Shown here: piece by piece, positions 19,679 through 30,326 of the stretch
Layout of the letters: every line of letters begins with the position of its first letter
Numbering within the stretch: the first letter of the stretch is position 1
From: Rickettsiales bacterium
GTDB taxonomy: Bacteria; Pseudomonadota; Alphaproteobacteria; Rickettsiales; Rickettsiaceae
Length of the DNA: 64,000 nucleotides
Reading direction: 5' to 3'
Assembly (NCBI GenBank): GCA_947456795.1
Contig: CANGTI010000001.1
Span: forward strand, 74,900-138,899
The notes under the pieces: model-generated
Seen by the model: the letters and a program-made list of their open reading frames with translations, nothing else
Database searches by the model: none
What the model was told of the DNA's origin: nothing
Translations under genes and position numbers: made by a program

Positions 19679-21667
19679 GTGCATTTTAAAATTTGCAGTA
19701 AACATGATCCTGCAGGAGATCAACCCGCGGCTATTAAGGCCTTGAGCTTAGGATTGGAAAAAGGGGTTAGAGACCAAGTTTTGCTAGGCATTACTGGATC
19801 TGGAAAAACATTTACTATAGCTAATGTGATTCGTAATTCTTCAAGGCCCGCGCTAATTATGGCGCCAAACAAAACGCTTGCTATGCAGTTGTTTAACGAA
19901 ATGAAGTCTTTATTTCCTTATACTGCAGTAGAGTTTTTTGTTTCTTATTACGATTATTATCAACCTGAAGCTTATATTCCAAGAACAGATACTTTTATCG
20001 AAAAGGATTCTTCCATTAACGCATATATAGATATGCTAAGGCATTCAGCAACAGTTTCTGTGCTAGAGCGTAGGGATTTCATAGTAGTGTCTTCGGTTTC
20101 TTGTATATATGGAATTGGAGGGCCCGATTTATACTCAAGTATGACTATAGATTTTGGAGTAGGATCCGATTTCGTAAGAGAAGATTTATTATCTAATATT
20201 GTGAGTCTTCAGTACAAGCGCAATGATGTAGAGTTCATTAGAGGAAACTTCAGAGTAAAAGGAGAAAATATAGATGTTTTTCCCTCATATAAGGAAAAAG
20301 TTGCTTTTAGATTCTTTTTTAATGAACAAAGGTTGTCAGATATATTTGAAATAGACCCTATAACTTGTGAAAGATTAAATAGGATAGATTCACTAAGACT
20401 TTATGCAAATTCTCACTATGTCACTCCAAAAAGTGTTATTAATGCAGCAATTCCTAGAATAAGAAAAGAGCTAGAGGAGAGAGTGAATTTTTTGGATTCT
20501 AAAGGACAAAATTTAGAAGCTCAACGCATAAGGCATAGAACACTAATGGATTTAGAAATGCTTGAAACTACAGGATCTTGTAAAGGAATTGAAAATTACT
20601 CGAGATATCTTTCGGGAGGAGAGGATGGATCTCCTCCTCCTACGTTGTTTGATTACATGCCTAAAGACACCATATGCTTTGTTGATGAAAGTCATGTCAC
20701 TGTACCTCAAGTTGCTTCTATGTATAACGGAGATAGAGCTAGAAAAGAAACTCTTGTTAATTATGGATTTCGCCTGCCTTCTGCTTTAGACAATAGGCCT
20801 CTAAAATTTGAGGAGTGGAACTTGATGAGGTTTCAAACGATTTTTGTTTCTGCAACACCAGGTAATTTTGAAATGGAACTTACCAAAGGTAACGTTGTAG
20901 AGCAAATTGTCAGACCCACTGGTTTATTGGATCCTTTGTGTATTATCAGACCTGCCAAAAATCAGGTTGAAGATTTGGTTTTAGAAATTCCAATCTTGAT
21001 CAATCAAGGAAAAAGAATATTGGTAAGTGCTTTGACAAAAAAAATGGCAGAAAACCTTTCTGAATATCTTAAAGAGCTTAACTACAAATCAGATTATTTG
21101 CACTCTGACGTTAAAACTTTAGATAGAATGAAAATTATTAACAGGCTCAGAGCTGGAGAAATAGATATATTAATAGGGGTGAATTTATTAAGGGAGGGTT
21201 TAGATATTCCAGAGTGTGGGCTTATGGCAATCCTTGATGCGGATAAAGAGGGTTTTTTAAGATCTGAGACTGCATTGATTCAAACTATGGGTAGAGCTGC
21301 CCGCAATGCAGAAGGTAAGGTTATTTTATATGCGGATATCATGACTTCTTCTATGAAGAAAGCCACAGAGGAAACTCAAAGAAGAAGAACAATACAGGCT
21401 CTTTATAATGCAAAACATAATATTCAGCCTCGTACTATAGAAAAATCTTTATTTGATTTTCTTACAGAGCAAACAAAAGTCCAAAGTACTCAAGCACAAG
21501 ATTCGGATTTGATTTTTAAAGATGAAAGATCTTTTTTAAGACACATCAATAAATTAAGAAAAAGCATGAATGATGCAGCAATTGAACTCGAATTTGAAAA
21601 AGCAGCCAGTATTAGAGATCAAATTAGTAATCTTGAAAAAAGAGCTGCTGCTTTATTTGGTAGCTAG
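19679..21667 (+). CDS. uvrB: excinuclease ABC subunit B
   Basis: 662 aa. [16 protein letters not shown] Walker A, DESH box and C-terminal UVR domain ([14 protein letters not shown]). GTG start. Confidence 0.95.
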   Translation: MHFKICSKHDPAGDQPAAIKALSLGLEKGVRDQVLLGITGSGKTFTIANVIRNSSRPALIMAPNKTLAMQLFNEMKSLFPYTAVEFFVSYYDYYQPEAYIPRTDTFIEKDSSINAYIDMLRHSATVSVLERRDFIVVSSVSCIYGIGGPDLYSSMTIDFGVGSDFVREDLLSNIVSLQYKRNDVEFIRGNFRVKGENIDVFPSYKEKVAFRFFFNEQRLSDIFEIDPITCERLNRIDSLRLYANSHYVTPKSVINAAIPRIRKELEERVNFLDSKGQNLEAQRIRHRTLMDLEMLETTGSCKGIENYSRYLSGGEDGSPPPTLFDYMPKDTICFVDESHVTVPQVASMYNGDRARKETLVNYGFRLPSALDNRPLKFEEWNLMRFQTIFVSATPGNFEMELTKGNVVEQIVRPTGLLDPLCIIRPAKNQVEDLVLEIPILINQGKRILVSALTKKMAENLSEYLKELNYKSDYLHSDVKTLDRMKIINRLRAGEIDILIGVNLLREGLDIPECGLMAILDADKEGFLRSETALIQTMGRAARNAEGKVILYADIMTSSMKKATEETQRRRTIQALYNAKHNIQPRTIEKSLFDFLTEQTKVQSTQAQDSDLIFKDERSFLRHINKLRKSMNDAAIELEFEKAASIRDQISNLEKRAAALFGS

Positions 21668-21825
21668 GCTGCATTCTTGTTGTTTGAGCCAATCTATTTT
21701 TTATTAAAATTTCTAACTTTGTAACTGATGCTTTAAAAGCTTAGAAAATTATTTCGAGCAAAGTGTCTTAGCAAATTTCTCAGAAGTGCCCCATGCTGTA
21801 AGCAGCGAGCATTACTCAAGATTCG

Positions 21826-22533
21826 TTATTTATTTACAAATGGTGGCAAATCTCTGAGGCTGTGTCCCCTACCCCAAATTGTTTCTATATAGTTAGTTCC
21901 ATCAGAAGCATCAGCCAATTTTTTTCTTAGTTTACAGATAAAAACGTCTATTATTTTGATATCCGGAGGAGATTCGTTTTTGTTTCCGTATAGATGACTG
22001 AGAAACATTTCTTTGCTGACGATAGTACCTTTCCTTGTGGCAAGAAGGCGCAGTAAAATATATTCGCTGCTTGTAAGCTTTATTGGTACGCCATCTGCCT
22101 CTACACTTTTGTTATCCAAATTAAGGGTTATTTTGTGAAATTGTATTACTGATTCAGCTATTCCTTTAGATCTCCTAATAATTGCTCTAATTCTTGCAAC
22201 AAGCTCTTCTTTATTGAAGGGCTTAGTCATGTAATCATCTGCCCCTAGATTAAATCCTTGGAGCTTTTTATCTGGGCTAGTAAGTCCAGAAAGTATGAGA
22301 ATTGGGGTCTGTACTTTGGCTGCTCGTAATCGTAAAAGAACCTCGTACCCGTCTACGTCTGGTAGCAACAGATCTAAAATTATCAAATCGTAATCTTGAA
22401 TTTTTGCAATTTCCAAACCCTCATTACCGATGTGGGCTGCATCACATAAAATATTTTGTGCAGTTAAAACGAGTTGTACAGACTTTGCAGTAATAGGATC
22501 GTCCTCTATCAGCAAGACTCTTAAATTTTCCAT
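21826..22533 (-). CDS. ctrA: cell-cycle response regulator CtrA (OmpR family)
   Basis: Near-collinear with CtrA as I remember it: VLLIEDD...YDLIILDLLLPDVDGYEVLLRLRAAKVQTPILILSG...GADDYMTKPFNKEELVARIRAIIRRSKG...IKIIDVFICKLRKKL...NYIETIWGRG. Confidence 0.9.
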   Translation of the reverse strand: MENLRVLLIEDDPITAKSVQLVLTAQNILCDAAHIGNEGLEIAKIQDYDLIILDLLLPDVDGYEVLLRLRAAKVQTPILILSGLTSPDKKLQGFNLGADDYMTKPFNKEELVARIRAIIRRSKGIAESVIQFHKITLNLDNKSVEADGVPIKLTSSEYILLRLLATRKGTIVSKEMFLSHLYGNKNESPPDIKIIDVFICKLRKKLADASDGTNYIETIWGRGHSLRDLPPFVNK

Positions 22534-22613
22534 ATAAAATTGAGTTTACCAAAAATTATTAAGATTTATTGATTTTGCATGCATTAAGAATTCTATAGTT
22601 GCCTAAAGTATTC

Positions 22614-22628
22614 TTAATGTATCTTTAA
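22614..22628. promoter_or_regulatory. TTAA-N7-TTAA (CtrA-box consensus) about 80-95 bp upstream of ctrA
   Basis: TTAATGTATCTTTAA read directly. This motif is expected several times by chance in AT-rich DNA. Confidence 0.3.
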
Positions 22629-22854
22629 GTTGAATAAGTTTTTAACTTCATTCTGAATGATTTTGTTGATATACAACCTACAACACTCTTTATGTAAAAT
22701 AAATACATAATTTTATAAAACTTATAATAGTTTTTTAGCAAAGATTGTCAATATCTGTTGCAACTTAAAGTTATTGCGATTTTGGGTACGCATCTGGCAA
22801 TGTATTGAAGTATATTCCTTTAAAAATGGCTAATTTAAGCTATTGATAAGGACC

Positions 22855-24252
22855 CTAAAGATTCCAGGTTGTAGAATTATCAGAATGATCTACAAGATGT
22901 ATACCTACTCTGAGTAGATTATTTCTGATTTTATCAGAGATTTGCCACTGTTTTTTATCTCTTGCAACTTTGCGTTGATTAATCAATCGTTCTATTTGTT
23001 CTACTTTGTCCTTAGATAAACTTTGCACATTACTTTTCCAAGACTTTTTAGTAAGTAAACCTAAAAAGTTGGCACATTTGATGAAATTTAAAACAATTGT
23101 AGATTGGGGTGATGGTGTATTTTTATATATCTCTTCTGCGAGTTGATAAATGTAGTTAATTGCCATATGAGTATTCATATCGTCTAGTAAAAACGACATA
23201 AATTCCTTGGGTAATGTGCAATTTGCTATTTCTGTTTTGGTGTATTCTAGGTTTTCCAAGTATTGCACATGTTTTAAAGCGCCATACAAATAATTTAACT
23301 TTATCAAGCTGTCGTGCAGGGTTTTTTCAGAAAAGTTTAGGGGTTTTCTGTAATGAGTGTTGAGAATAAATATTCTGAAAGCTTCTGATGGTATCGCCTG
23401 CTTTTGTAGGTCTCTAACCGTTACAAAATTTTGCAGAGATTTACTCATTTTTTCTTTTTTACGAGTAAGAAAACCTGTATGTACCCAAAATTTTGCGTAC
23501 CTGGTGGAAGGATATGCGGATGTACTTTGGGCTATTTCATTAGTGTGATGAGGAAAGACCAGATCTACCCCTCCCCCGTGAATGTCAAAATCTGCTCCAA
23601 ACAGATGATTAATCATCGCAGAGCATTCAATATGCCACCCGGGTCTTCCTTTGCTCCAGGGGCTCTCAAAAGCGGTATCTTCACCTAGTTTTGCTGGTTT
23701 CCAAAGTACAAAATCTCCTGCTGATTTTTTTGCGGCATTTTGTTCTTCTCCTAGCACCAAGTCTTCTAATTTTCTGCCGGTAAGTTCGGTATAATTTTTA
23801 GCTTTGCTAACTGCAAAATACACATGTTCATTTGCTGCGTAAGCGTAACCCCGATCAATTAAGATGCTAATCATCTTAATCATGTGATCAATATGTTCTG
23901 TTGCTTTTGGTTGGAAATCTGGCGTAAGGCATCCAAGATAATGATGATCTATCTCAAAATCTTGTATTGTATCTTGTGTTAACTGCTTTACAGAAATTTT
24001 TAGCTCATTTGCTTTTGCTATAATTTTATCGTCTATGTCTGTTATATTTCTTGCATACTGTACCGCACTGCCTCCGTAAAGTTTGATAAGTATTCTGTAT
24101 AACACGTCATATACAATGCTTGTTCTGGCGTTACCAATGTGAATAAGATCGTATACCGTTGGGCCACAGACGTACATTCTGACGTTTTTAGAGTCAATTG
24201 GTACAAAACGTTGTTTAGACTTTGTTAGGGTATTGTACAAGAATAATTCCAT
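22855..24252 (-). CDS. cysS: cysteine--tRNA ligase
   Basis: 465 aa. HIGNARTS (HIGH) and KMSKS motifs. WHIECSAM zinc/cysteine-binding region. Confidence 0.95.
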   Translation of the reverse strand: MELFLYNTLTKSKQRFVPIDSKNVRMYVCGPTVYDLIHIGNARTSIVYDVLYRILIKLYGGSAVQYARNITDIDDKIIAKANELKISVKQLTQDTIQDFEIDHHYLGCLTPDFQPKATEHIDHMIKMISILIDRGYAYAANEHVYFAVSKAKNYTELTGRKLEDLVLGEEQNAAKKSAGDFVLWKPAKLGEDTAFESPWSKGRPGWHIECSAMINHLFGADFDIHGGGVDLVFPHHTNEIAQSTSAYPSTRYAKFWVHTGFLTRKKEKMSKSLQNFVTVRDLQKQAIPSEAFRIFILNTHYRKPLNFSEKTLHDSLIKLNYLYGALKHVQYLENLEYTKTEIANCTLPKEFMSFLLDDMNTHMAINYIYQLAEEIYKNTPSPQSTIVLNFIKCANFLGLLTKKSWKSNVQSLSKDKVEQIERLINQRKVARDKKQWQISDKIRNNLLRVGIHLVDHSDNSTTWNL

Positions 24253-24478
24253 AAGATGCTCATTAGGTGAATGTTTCTCCCAATTATGAAAGCAAAGGAA
24301 TTATTTGGAAACAGGATGTTGAAGATAGGACAAATCTTTAAGTAGTTGAGATTTTACTCAAGAGCAAGATTTGCAGGAAGTAAAAATGTGTTTTTTAAGT
24401 CAAAATAAGATTTTGCTGATAAATAGGCTGGTAGGTCTTATATGGCTTAAAGCGCTTTAGAGGATATGGTTTGATTTT

Positions 24479-26236
24479 TTATTTATGTATTAATGAGTAG
24501 TGTGCCTCTCTGTATACGTTCTTTAATTTGCTAATTGCTTGATCGCTAAGGCCTCTGTTTTTTAAAATTGTGCTTGCCATTTGTAGACCTGCTTCTTGAG
24601 CTGCGGGAATGATTTGTATAGAGCTTAAACCAGTGCTTAATTTATTGGCAGTACTTAAATTGTGCGTATATACAGAGGTGAGCAAGTTTGGATGGTGACC
24701 TGCTATAAAGTGGAGAATTTTTTGCAACAGTGTTTGATTGTTGGTGGAAATCAGAATTGCACTAGCTAAATTAATACCGGCAGCGTTGAGTATTGCAACG
24801 TCAGATATATCGCCATGAAAAGCCGGCACACCTTTGCTTTGAGCATTTTTCACGTGCTGTTCGTTATCATCTATGATGACATATTGTATAGCCTCAGAGG
24901 ATAGGATTTTTGACGCCATTTTTGAGGCCTGATTAAGTCCAAGTATTATTACGTGATTGGAAAGATCCGTAACTCCGGACTTGATAATGTCAATTGCCGT
25001 ATATTCCCCGCCACTAAAATAATGGCTGAGTCGATTACCTAGTATAGAAAGTAAAGGTGTGAGTGCCATGGTGCAGGTAACAGTCACTAAAAGCATTTTT
25101 TCTAACTCTGGGTTTATGAGATTGTTTTTGGTTGCTAAAGTACAAAGTATAAATGCAAACTCTCCTCCTTGTGAAAGCAAAAGGCCTGTTTGAATACTAA
25201 CGCTTTTTCTCAATTTAAAGAGCATGCATAAAAGGGCTATTATGAGGCTTTTGATTAATATTAGTGCTAAAGAGAACAGTAATATTTTTACGATTTGTTG
25301 TTTGATGTAGCCCACATCAATTGTCATCCCTATGGACATGAAAAATAGACCAAGGAGTAATCCTTTAAAGGGCTCTATACTTTCTTCAGCTTTTGAGCGA
25401 AATTCTGTTTCTGCAACAAGTATGCCAGCCATAAATGCACCAAGCGCTAAGGAAAGTCCAAAGTGCTCAGTGCTCCATGCAGCGGCAAGCACTATTAAAA
25501 GTGTAGCTGCAACGTGTAGTTCGTTATTAGATGTCTGTACATTAGAAGAGATTACTTTGAAAATGGGGCGTAAAAATAGTCTTCCCATCGCAAATATTAC
25601 GCAGAGTGCTATTACCGCCTTTAGCATTGACATTCCTATTGCCTCTACAAAAGCGGCATTAGAACTTACTCCTTGACCAAGTATCGGGATTACGACAAGT
25701 AGGGGTACTACTGCAAAATCTTGTTGCAGTAGTATTGCAAGGCTTATTCTTCCCAACTGAGTTGATTGTTTTTGCATGTCTTTTATTACTTGCAATACTA
25801 TGGCTGTAGAGGAAAGGGACATTCCTATACCTATAACGATTGCAACCACTTTTGACATGCCCGTCCAAATTAGAATTGAGGAAATTACACCTGAAGTGAG
25901 CAATATTTGTAAAGTACCTAATCCAAACACATATTTGCGCATTGCCTTTAATCTTTCAAAAGAAAGCTCTAGTCCTATTGCAAAAAGTAAAAATACGATA
26001 CCGTACTCAGCTATGAAAGAGGTTTGTTCACAGAGTACAATTTTAAGACCGTAATCTCCTATTACTGCACCTGCTGCCAGATATCCTAGAACTGGGCTTA
26101 GCCTTAATTTTTGGCAAGCAGCGACTATGCAGATTGCACTTCCTAGTAGTATTACAATTGAGGGCAACAACCCTGGATTTTTTACAAGATTTAAAACACC
26201 CTGCACTAAGTTTTCAATTACCATCGAAGTACGCAT
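24479..26236 (-). CDS. kefB: CPA2-family monovalent cation:proton antiporter / K+ efflux protein (KefB/KefC-like) with C-terminal TrkA-N domain
   Basis: 585 aa. About 12 hydrophobic helices followed by the Rossmann-like segment HVIILGLNQASKMASKIL. Confidence 0.8.
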   Translation of the reverse strand: MRTSMVIENLVQGVLNLVKNPGLLPSIVILLGSAICIVAACQKLRLSPVLGYLAAGAVIGDYGLKIVLCEQTSFIAEYGIVFLLFAIGLELSFERLKAMRKYVFGLGTLQILLTSGVISSILIWTGMSKVVAIVIGIGMSLSSTAIVLQVIKDMQKQSTQLGRISLAILLQQDFAVVPLLVVIPILGQGVSSNAAFVEAIGMSMLKAVIALCVIFAMGRLFLRPIFKVISSNVQTSNNELHVAATLLIVLAAAWSTEHFGLSLALGAFMAGILVAETEFRSKAEESIEPFKGLLLGLFFMSIGMTIDVGYIKQQIVKILLFSLALILIKSLIIALLCMLFKLRKSVSIQTGLLLSQGGEFAFILCTLATKNNLINPELEKMLLVTVTCTMALTPLLSILGNRLSHYFSGGEYTAIDIIKSGVTDLSNHVIILGLNQASKMASKILSSEAIQYVIIDDNEQHVKNAQSKGVPAFHGDISDVAILNAAGINLASAILISTNNQTLLQKILHFIAGHHPNLLTSVYTHNLSTANKLSTGLSSIQIIPAAQEAGLQMASTILKNRGLSDQAISKLKNVYREAHYSLIHK

Positions 26237-26453
26237 TAATTTGAAGTATGTTAATCTGGGGCTTTTTGGTGTGGATACAACACTGCCACCAAGCTTAGAA
26301 TATCAGGATTTGGAATAAAAGTCCAAATTTAGCCTCGTCAGGGTTGCAAGAAGTTGATTTGAGTCTTGCGGCATTTTGATGTTGTAATTTTATGCAGAAC
26401 AATCTTAATTGATTTTAATCGCGTAAGCTGTTTTTTTAGATTTTGCAACGTTC

Positions 26454-27377
26454 TTAGGTTTTGATATTTGATAAAGGATGCTTGGTTTTTATCACCTGAT
26501 CTAAATGTTCATATTGTAGGTGTGTGTATATTTGAGTCGTTGAAATATCTACGTGCCCCAGCAATGATTGTAAAGCTCTAAGGTCTGCACCTCCTTCAAG
26601 CATGTGGCTTGCGAAACTGTGGCGCAGTATATGAGGAGAGACTGAGCTGGGTTCTAATCCACATTTTAATGCAATGCCTTTGAGTATCAGGCCGAAATTT
26701 TGCCTTGTCATATGCCCTATTTTTGACCTTGAGCAAAATAGGTACTGATTATTTTGATTTCTTGATAAAAACAAATGCCGGATTTTTAAATATTGTACCA
26801 ATCCTTGATAAGTTAATTTATCTACCAACACTACACGTTCTCTATTGCCTTTGCCTTTGATGTTAAAATGATAAGTATCAGATTTATTGGCATTACTCAT
26901 CTTGATATCTTCTAGGCTCAGTGTGATTAACTCAGAAATTCTGAGCCCTGTAGAGTATAGCAACTGCATCATTGCGACGGCCCGGATACTTTGGTGATCC
27001 TGATCGCCTTTGTAAAAGTCTATCATTTGTTTGATCTGAGACACCGAAAGCACCTTAGGCAATGTCAGATCGTGTTTAGGGGTCTTTATGGCAGTAGTAG
27101 GATTGTGGGTAATTATATTTTCGCTTTCTAAAAAACTATAAAAGGTTTTTATTGCAGAGACTTTCCTAGATATTGATCTTGCAGCAAGCAGTCGTTCTTT
27201 TTTTAAAAACACAATGAAATTTTGCATTAAGATCTTATCTACTTCGATAACTGCTTTGTTTGCCTTAGATAAATAGACATAAAAATCTTGAATATCTTTT
27301 TTATACGCAATTATGGAATTACCAGATAGGCCTTTTTCTGCTACTAGGGTCTCTAAGAATTGCTCCACATACTCCAT
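26454..27377 (-). CDS. xerD: site-specific tyrosine recombinase XerD (XerC not excluded)
   Basis: 307 aa. N-terminal SAM-like domain (FLETLVAEKGLSGNSIIAYKKDIQDF). Catalytic R...HxLRHSFA...LGHVDISTTQIYTH. Confidence 0.75.
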   Translation of the reverse strand: MEYVEQFLETLVAEKGLSGNSIIAYKKDIQDFYVYLSKANKAVIEVDKILMQNFIVFLKKERLLAARSISRKVSAIKTFYSFLESENIITHNPTTAIKTPKHDLTLPKVLSVSQIKQMIDFYKGDQDHQSIRAVAMMQLLYSTGLRISELITLSLEDIKMSNANKSDTYHFNIKGKGNRERVVLVDKLTYQGLVQYLKIRHLFLSRNQNNQYLFCSRSKIGHMTRQNFGLILKGIALKCGLEPSSVSPHILRHSFASHMLEGGADLRALQSLLGHVDISTTQIYTHLQYEHLDQVIKTKHPLSNIKT

Positions 27378-27383
27378 GAAATG

Positions 27384-27950
27384 TTATTGAGTAATTTCTG
27401 TTAGACTGTTAGTTTGCACCATCGCAATTTTTCTTTTTTTAGCATTTTGCAATACTGTGTTGAGATCGGTTTGCGAACAAAGGTTAAGCAATACGGGATC
27501 TCTGGGCTTTAAATTTTGATAATTCCAATACGTTTTATTTCTAATTGCCAGTACTGTACTTTTGGTTGTACCAATTAACTTAACGACCTCTCTATCTTCT
27601 AAATCTTGTTCTTGTTTAATTAACCAAAAAACAGCGTCGGGTTTGTTTTGTCTGCTCACTAGGGGTATATATTTTTTTGCACTTTTTTTCTTCGTTATGT
27701 GCTTTGTGCCAAGATTAGCCTTTAAAAAAAGTCTAGCACTTGGATCTTTTTCGCATCTAGCAAGATCTGTCTTAGTGATTTGTCCACTAACGATTGGATC
27801 TATTTCAGAGATATTGCCTTTTTCACCATCTGCAAGAGCTTGAATCTCAAGTAAGTGCATGTGACAAAATTCTGCAATTTGCAGAAAAGAAAGCTTTGTA
27901 TTTTTAATTAGCCAGACAGCAGTTGCTTTTGGCATTAACGGAGTATTCAT
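27384..27950 (-). CDS. trcR: DUF1013 / TrcR-type alphaproteobacterial cell-cycle transcriptional regulator
   Basis: 188 aa. MPKATAVWLIKNTKLSFLQIAEFCHMHLLEIQALADGE is the conserved DUF1013 N-terminus. Its stop is 6 bp upstream of the xerD start. Confidence 0.7.
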   Translation of the reverse strand: MNTPLMPKATAVWLIKNTKLSFLQIAEFCHMHLLEIQALADGEKGNISEIDPIVSGQITKTDLARCEKDPSARLFLKANLGTKHITKKKSAKKYIPLVSRQNKPDAVFWLIKQEQDLEDREVVKLIGTTKSTVLAIRNKTYWNYQNLKPRDPVLLNLCSQTDLNTVLQNAKKRKIAMVQTNSLTEITQ

Positions 27951-28105
27951 AACTTTATTAAAAAATATTAATTCTATTGTCTAGATATCACAAAATTTGT
28001 TCTAAGTAAATCACGCTAATGCACTAAAATTAAATGCATTAAATAAGCGCTATTTTGAATAGCTTGTTTTTAAGCAGTAATGCCTAAAGAGTGAAGAGAC
28101 TAGTT

Positions 28106-29053
28106 TTAGGCTTGTGAGTCAATCTGCAGTTTGACATATTTTTTCATTTTGAACAAAGCCTGACTCTCAATTTGTCTGACTCTTTCTTTGGAAATTTTTA
28201 ACTCATCGCTTAAATCTTGCAAAGTAAGTGGGCTGTTGCTCAAATGCCTATTTTTCAATATGTACAGCTCTCTTTCCTGTAAAATTGCTAAAGCTTCTCC
28301 CAAAAGCTTTTGTTTCATTTGTGCTTCTTGTTTTGTAACTAATGCTATTTCTTGATTAGGTTTATTTTCTGGTACAAAGTCTATTAGCTCTCTTCCGTCT
28401 TCAGAGGTGCTTTTTGGTTGATTTAGCGATATATCCGAGTTAGACCACCTAGAGTCCATTTCTATTACTTCTGAAGTCTGAATTTTTAATTCCTTGGCTA
28501 TTTGTTCGTATTCTTCGTGAGAAATGCGCGCATGTGTTCTTGCGATTTTCTTTTTGAGTTTTCTGAGCATAAAGAAGAGTTTCTTTTGCTCGGAGGTCGT
28601 AATGCTTTTTACTAAAGACCAGGACTTCATTACGTGATCTTGAATCATAGCTTTTATCCACCACATTGCATATGTGGAGAGTCTATGACCCATATGAGGA
28701 TTATACTTTTTGACGGCTCGCATAAGCCCTATGTTACCTTCTGATATTAAATCTATGACTGGGATATTATAATTGCGATGTGCTAAAGCTATTTTTGCCA
28801 CTAATTTGAGATGACTGGTAATGAGCTTGTGCGCAGCTTCTAGGTCACCTTTTTCTAGATAGTTTTTAGCCAACAAGAACTCCTCTTCTCCAGATAGAGA
28901 GGGAAACTGATTAATTTTTCTTAGGTAAGAAGATAGGGCGGTATTGTAAGAAGGGGATGGAGCTCTTAATTCCTTTACCTGGGGTCTGTAAACCAGCTTA
29001 TTGCTTTTATCTTCCTCAGCTAAATCTTCCTGCTTTGTCTCCGATGCGCTCAT
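28106..29053 (-). CDS. rpoH: RNA polymerase sigma-32 factor RpoH
   Basis: 315 aa. Region 2 is DLISEGNIGLMRAVKKYNP...STYAMWWIKA. RpoH-box-like segment is EQKKLFFMLRKLKKK. Region 4 is LTLQDLSDELKISKERVRQIE. Confidence 0.9.
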   Translation of the reverse strand: MSASETKQEDLAEEDKSNKLVYRPQVKELRAPSPSYNTALSSYLRKINQFPSLSGEEEFLLAKNYLEKGDLEAAHKLITSHLKLVAKIALAHRNYNIPVIDLISEGNIGLMRAVKKYNPHMGHRLSTYAMWWIKAMIQDHVMKSWSLVKSITTSEQKKLFFMLRKLKKKIARTHARISHEEYEQIAKELKIQTSEVIEMDSRWSNSDISLNQPKSTSEDGRELIDFVPENKPNQEIALVTKQEAQMKQKLLGEALAILQERELYILKNRHLSNSPLTLQDLSDELKISKERVRQIESQALFKMKKYVKLQIDSQA

Positions 29054-29535
29054 TATGCTTGTGTATATGAAATTTCAAGAATTTCGTAAGTTCTAATGGA
29101 GCCGTTTGGTAGTTCTACTTGCACAATTTCTCCACATTTTTTACCCACCAATGACGCTCCTAATGGAGAATAAAAGGATATCAATTGTTGTTTGATGTCT
29201 GCTTCGTGTACGCCGACCAACTCATAAGTAAAGTGTTTCTTTGTTACAATATCTACTAATGCAACTTTTGCTCCAAATGCAATTTTCTTTTGATCTATAT
29301 TTTTTGAATCGGGAGTTTCTCCTAGTGCAAGTAAATTTTCCAAATCTTTTATTTTGCTCTCAATAAGGCCTTGTTGATCTTTTGCAGCGTGATAATCTGC
29401 ATTTTCAGATAGATCTCCCATAGACCTTGCATGCGCGATTGCTTTTATGACTTCTGGTCTTTTTTGTTGTTTCAATATTTTCAACTCTTCTTCGAGTTTT
29501 TTGCGACCTTTGTGCGTGATAAGCTGTTTATTCAT
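29053..29535 (-). CDS. greA: transcription elongation factor GreA
   Basis: 160 aa. N-terminal coiled coil with ARSMGDLSENADYHAAKD. Its stop overlaps the rpoH ATG (TAATG). Confidence 0.9.
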   Translation of the reverse strand: MNKQLITHKGRKKLEEELKILKQQKRPEVIKAIAHARSMGDLSENADYHAAKDQQGLIESKIKDLENLLALGETPDSKNIDQKKIAFGAKVALVDIVTKKHFTYELVGVHEADIKQQLISFYSPLGASLVGKKCGEIVQVELPNGSIRTYEILEISYTQA

Positions 29536-29636
29536 ATTCTTAAAATTTGTTTATGTTGATTGATTTTGTTAGCTTTACGGAGGAAATTGCTTTAGTTAAT
29601 CAGAGTTCAGCGATTTAAATTTGCTATTACAAGCAC

Positions 29637-30317
29637 CTAGTTTGGCAGGCAGTTTTTATTTTTCAAGATTTGTAGCGCCATTAATGCAGCATCTTTTTCT
29701 GCAGATTTCTTAGAATTTCCTCTACCAATTGAAACTTCGCCACTTGGAAGTGTCACTTTGGATTCAAAACATGGTTGATGGTCTGAACCTTCCACTTTAA
29801 GAGTTACATATTGAGGCCTAAAATTGCCGTGTGATTGTATCAATTCTTGCAATATGCTTTTTTTATCATAATCCAGATGTACATTTTCAGATTGCAGCAC
29901 TTCTTTCCATAAGCTCAAAACAAGGCTCTTTACAACATCGTAAGAAGAATCCAAATACACCGCCGCAATTACTGCTTCCATGGCATCGATTGCTTTAAGA
30001 CCTAGAGTCTTATTGTTTTCTAACAAAAGCATGTATTCTTGTAATTCTATTTTTTTTGCAATCTCCGAAATTAGCTCTCCGCAGACCAAAAAATTCTGAC
30101 GCTTGGCAAGTTCACCTTCGCTTGCGTTTGGATGTTGAAAGAAAAGCGCTTCAGCAATAATGAAGTTCAGTACCCTGTCGCCTAAAAACTCTAAGCGTTC
30201 ATAGTCACGCTGTAGATCTTTTTTTGCTGAAGGGTGAGAAAGTGCTTCAAGCAAAAGGTCTTTATTAGAAAAATGATACCCTAATTTACTTTCTAGTATC
30301 TTTAATTTGCTCATCAT
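29637..30317 (-). CDS. rnc: ribonuclease III
   Basis: 226 aa. ERLEFLGDRVLN signature and a C-terminal dsRBD (GRGNSKKSAEKDAALMAL). Confidence 0.9.
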   Translation of the reverse strand: MMSKLKILESKLGYHFSNKDLLLEALSHPSAKKDLQRDYERLEFLGDRVLNFIIAEALFFQHPNASEGELAKRQNFLVCGELISEIAKKIELQEYMLLLENNKTLGLKAIDAMEAVIAAVYLDSSYDVVKSLVLSLWKEVLQSENVHLDYDKKSILQELIQSHGNFRPQYVTLKVEGSDHQPCFESKVTLPSGEVSIGRGNSKKSAEKDAALMALQILKNKNCLPN

Positions 30318-30326
30318 TGTGCATAT

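Noticed and set aside
26454-27377. The tyrosine recombinase as the integrase of the accessory segment
   Set aside because: It has XerD-type N- and C-terminal motifs. It sits in a housekeeping operon with trcR, 11 kb from the segment, and is not flanked by repeats.
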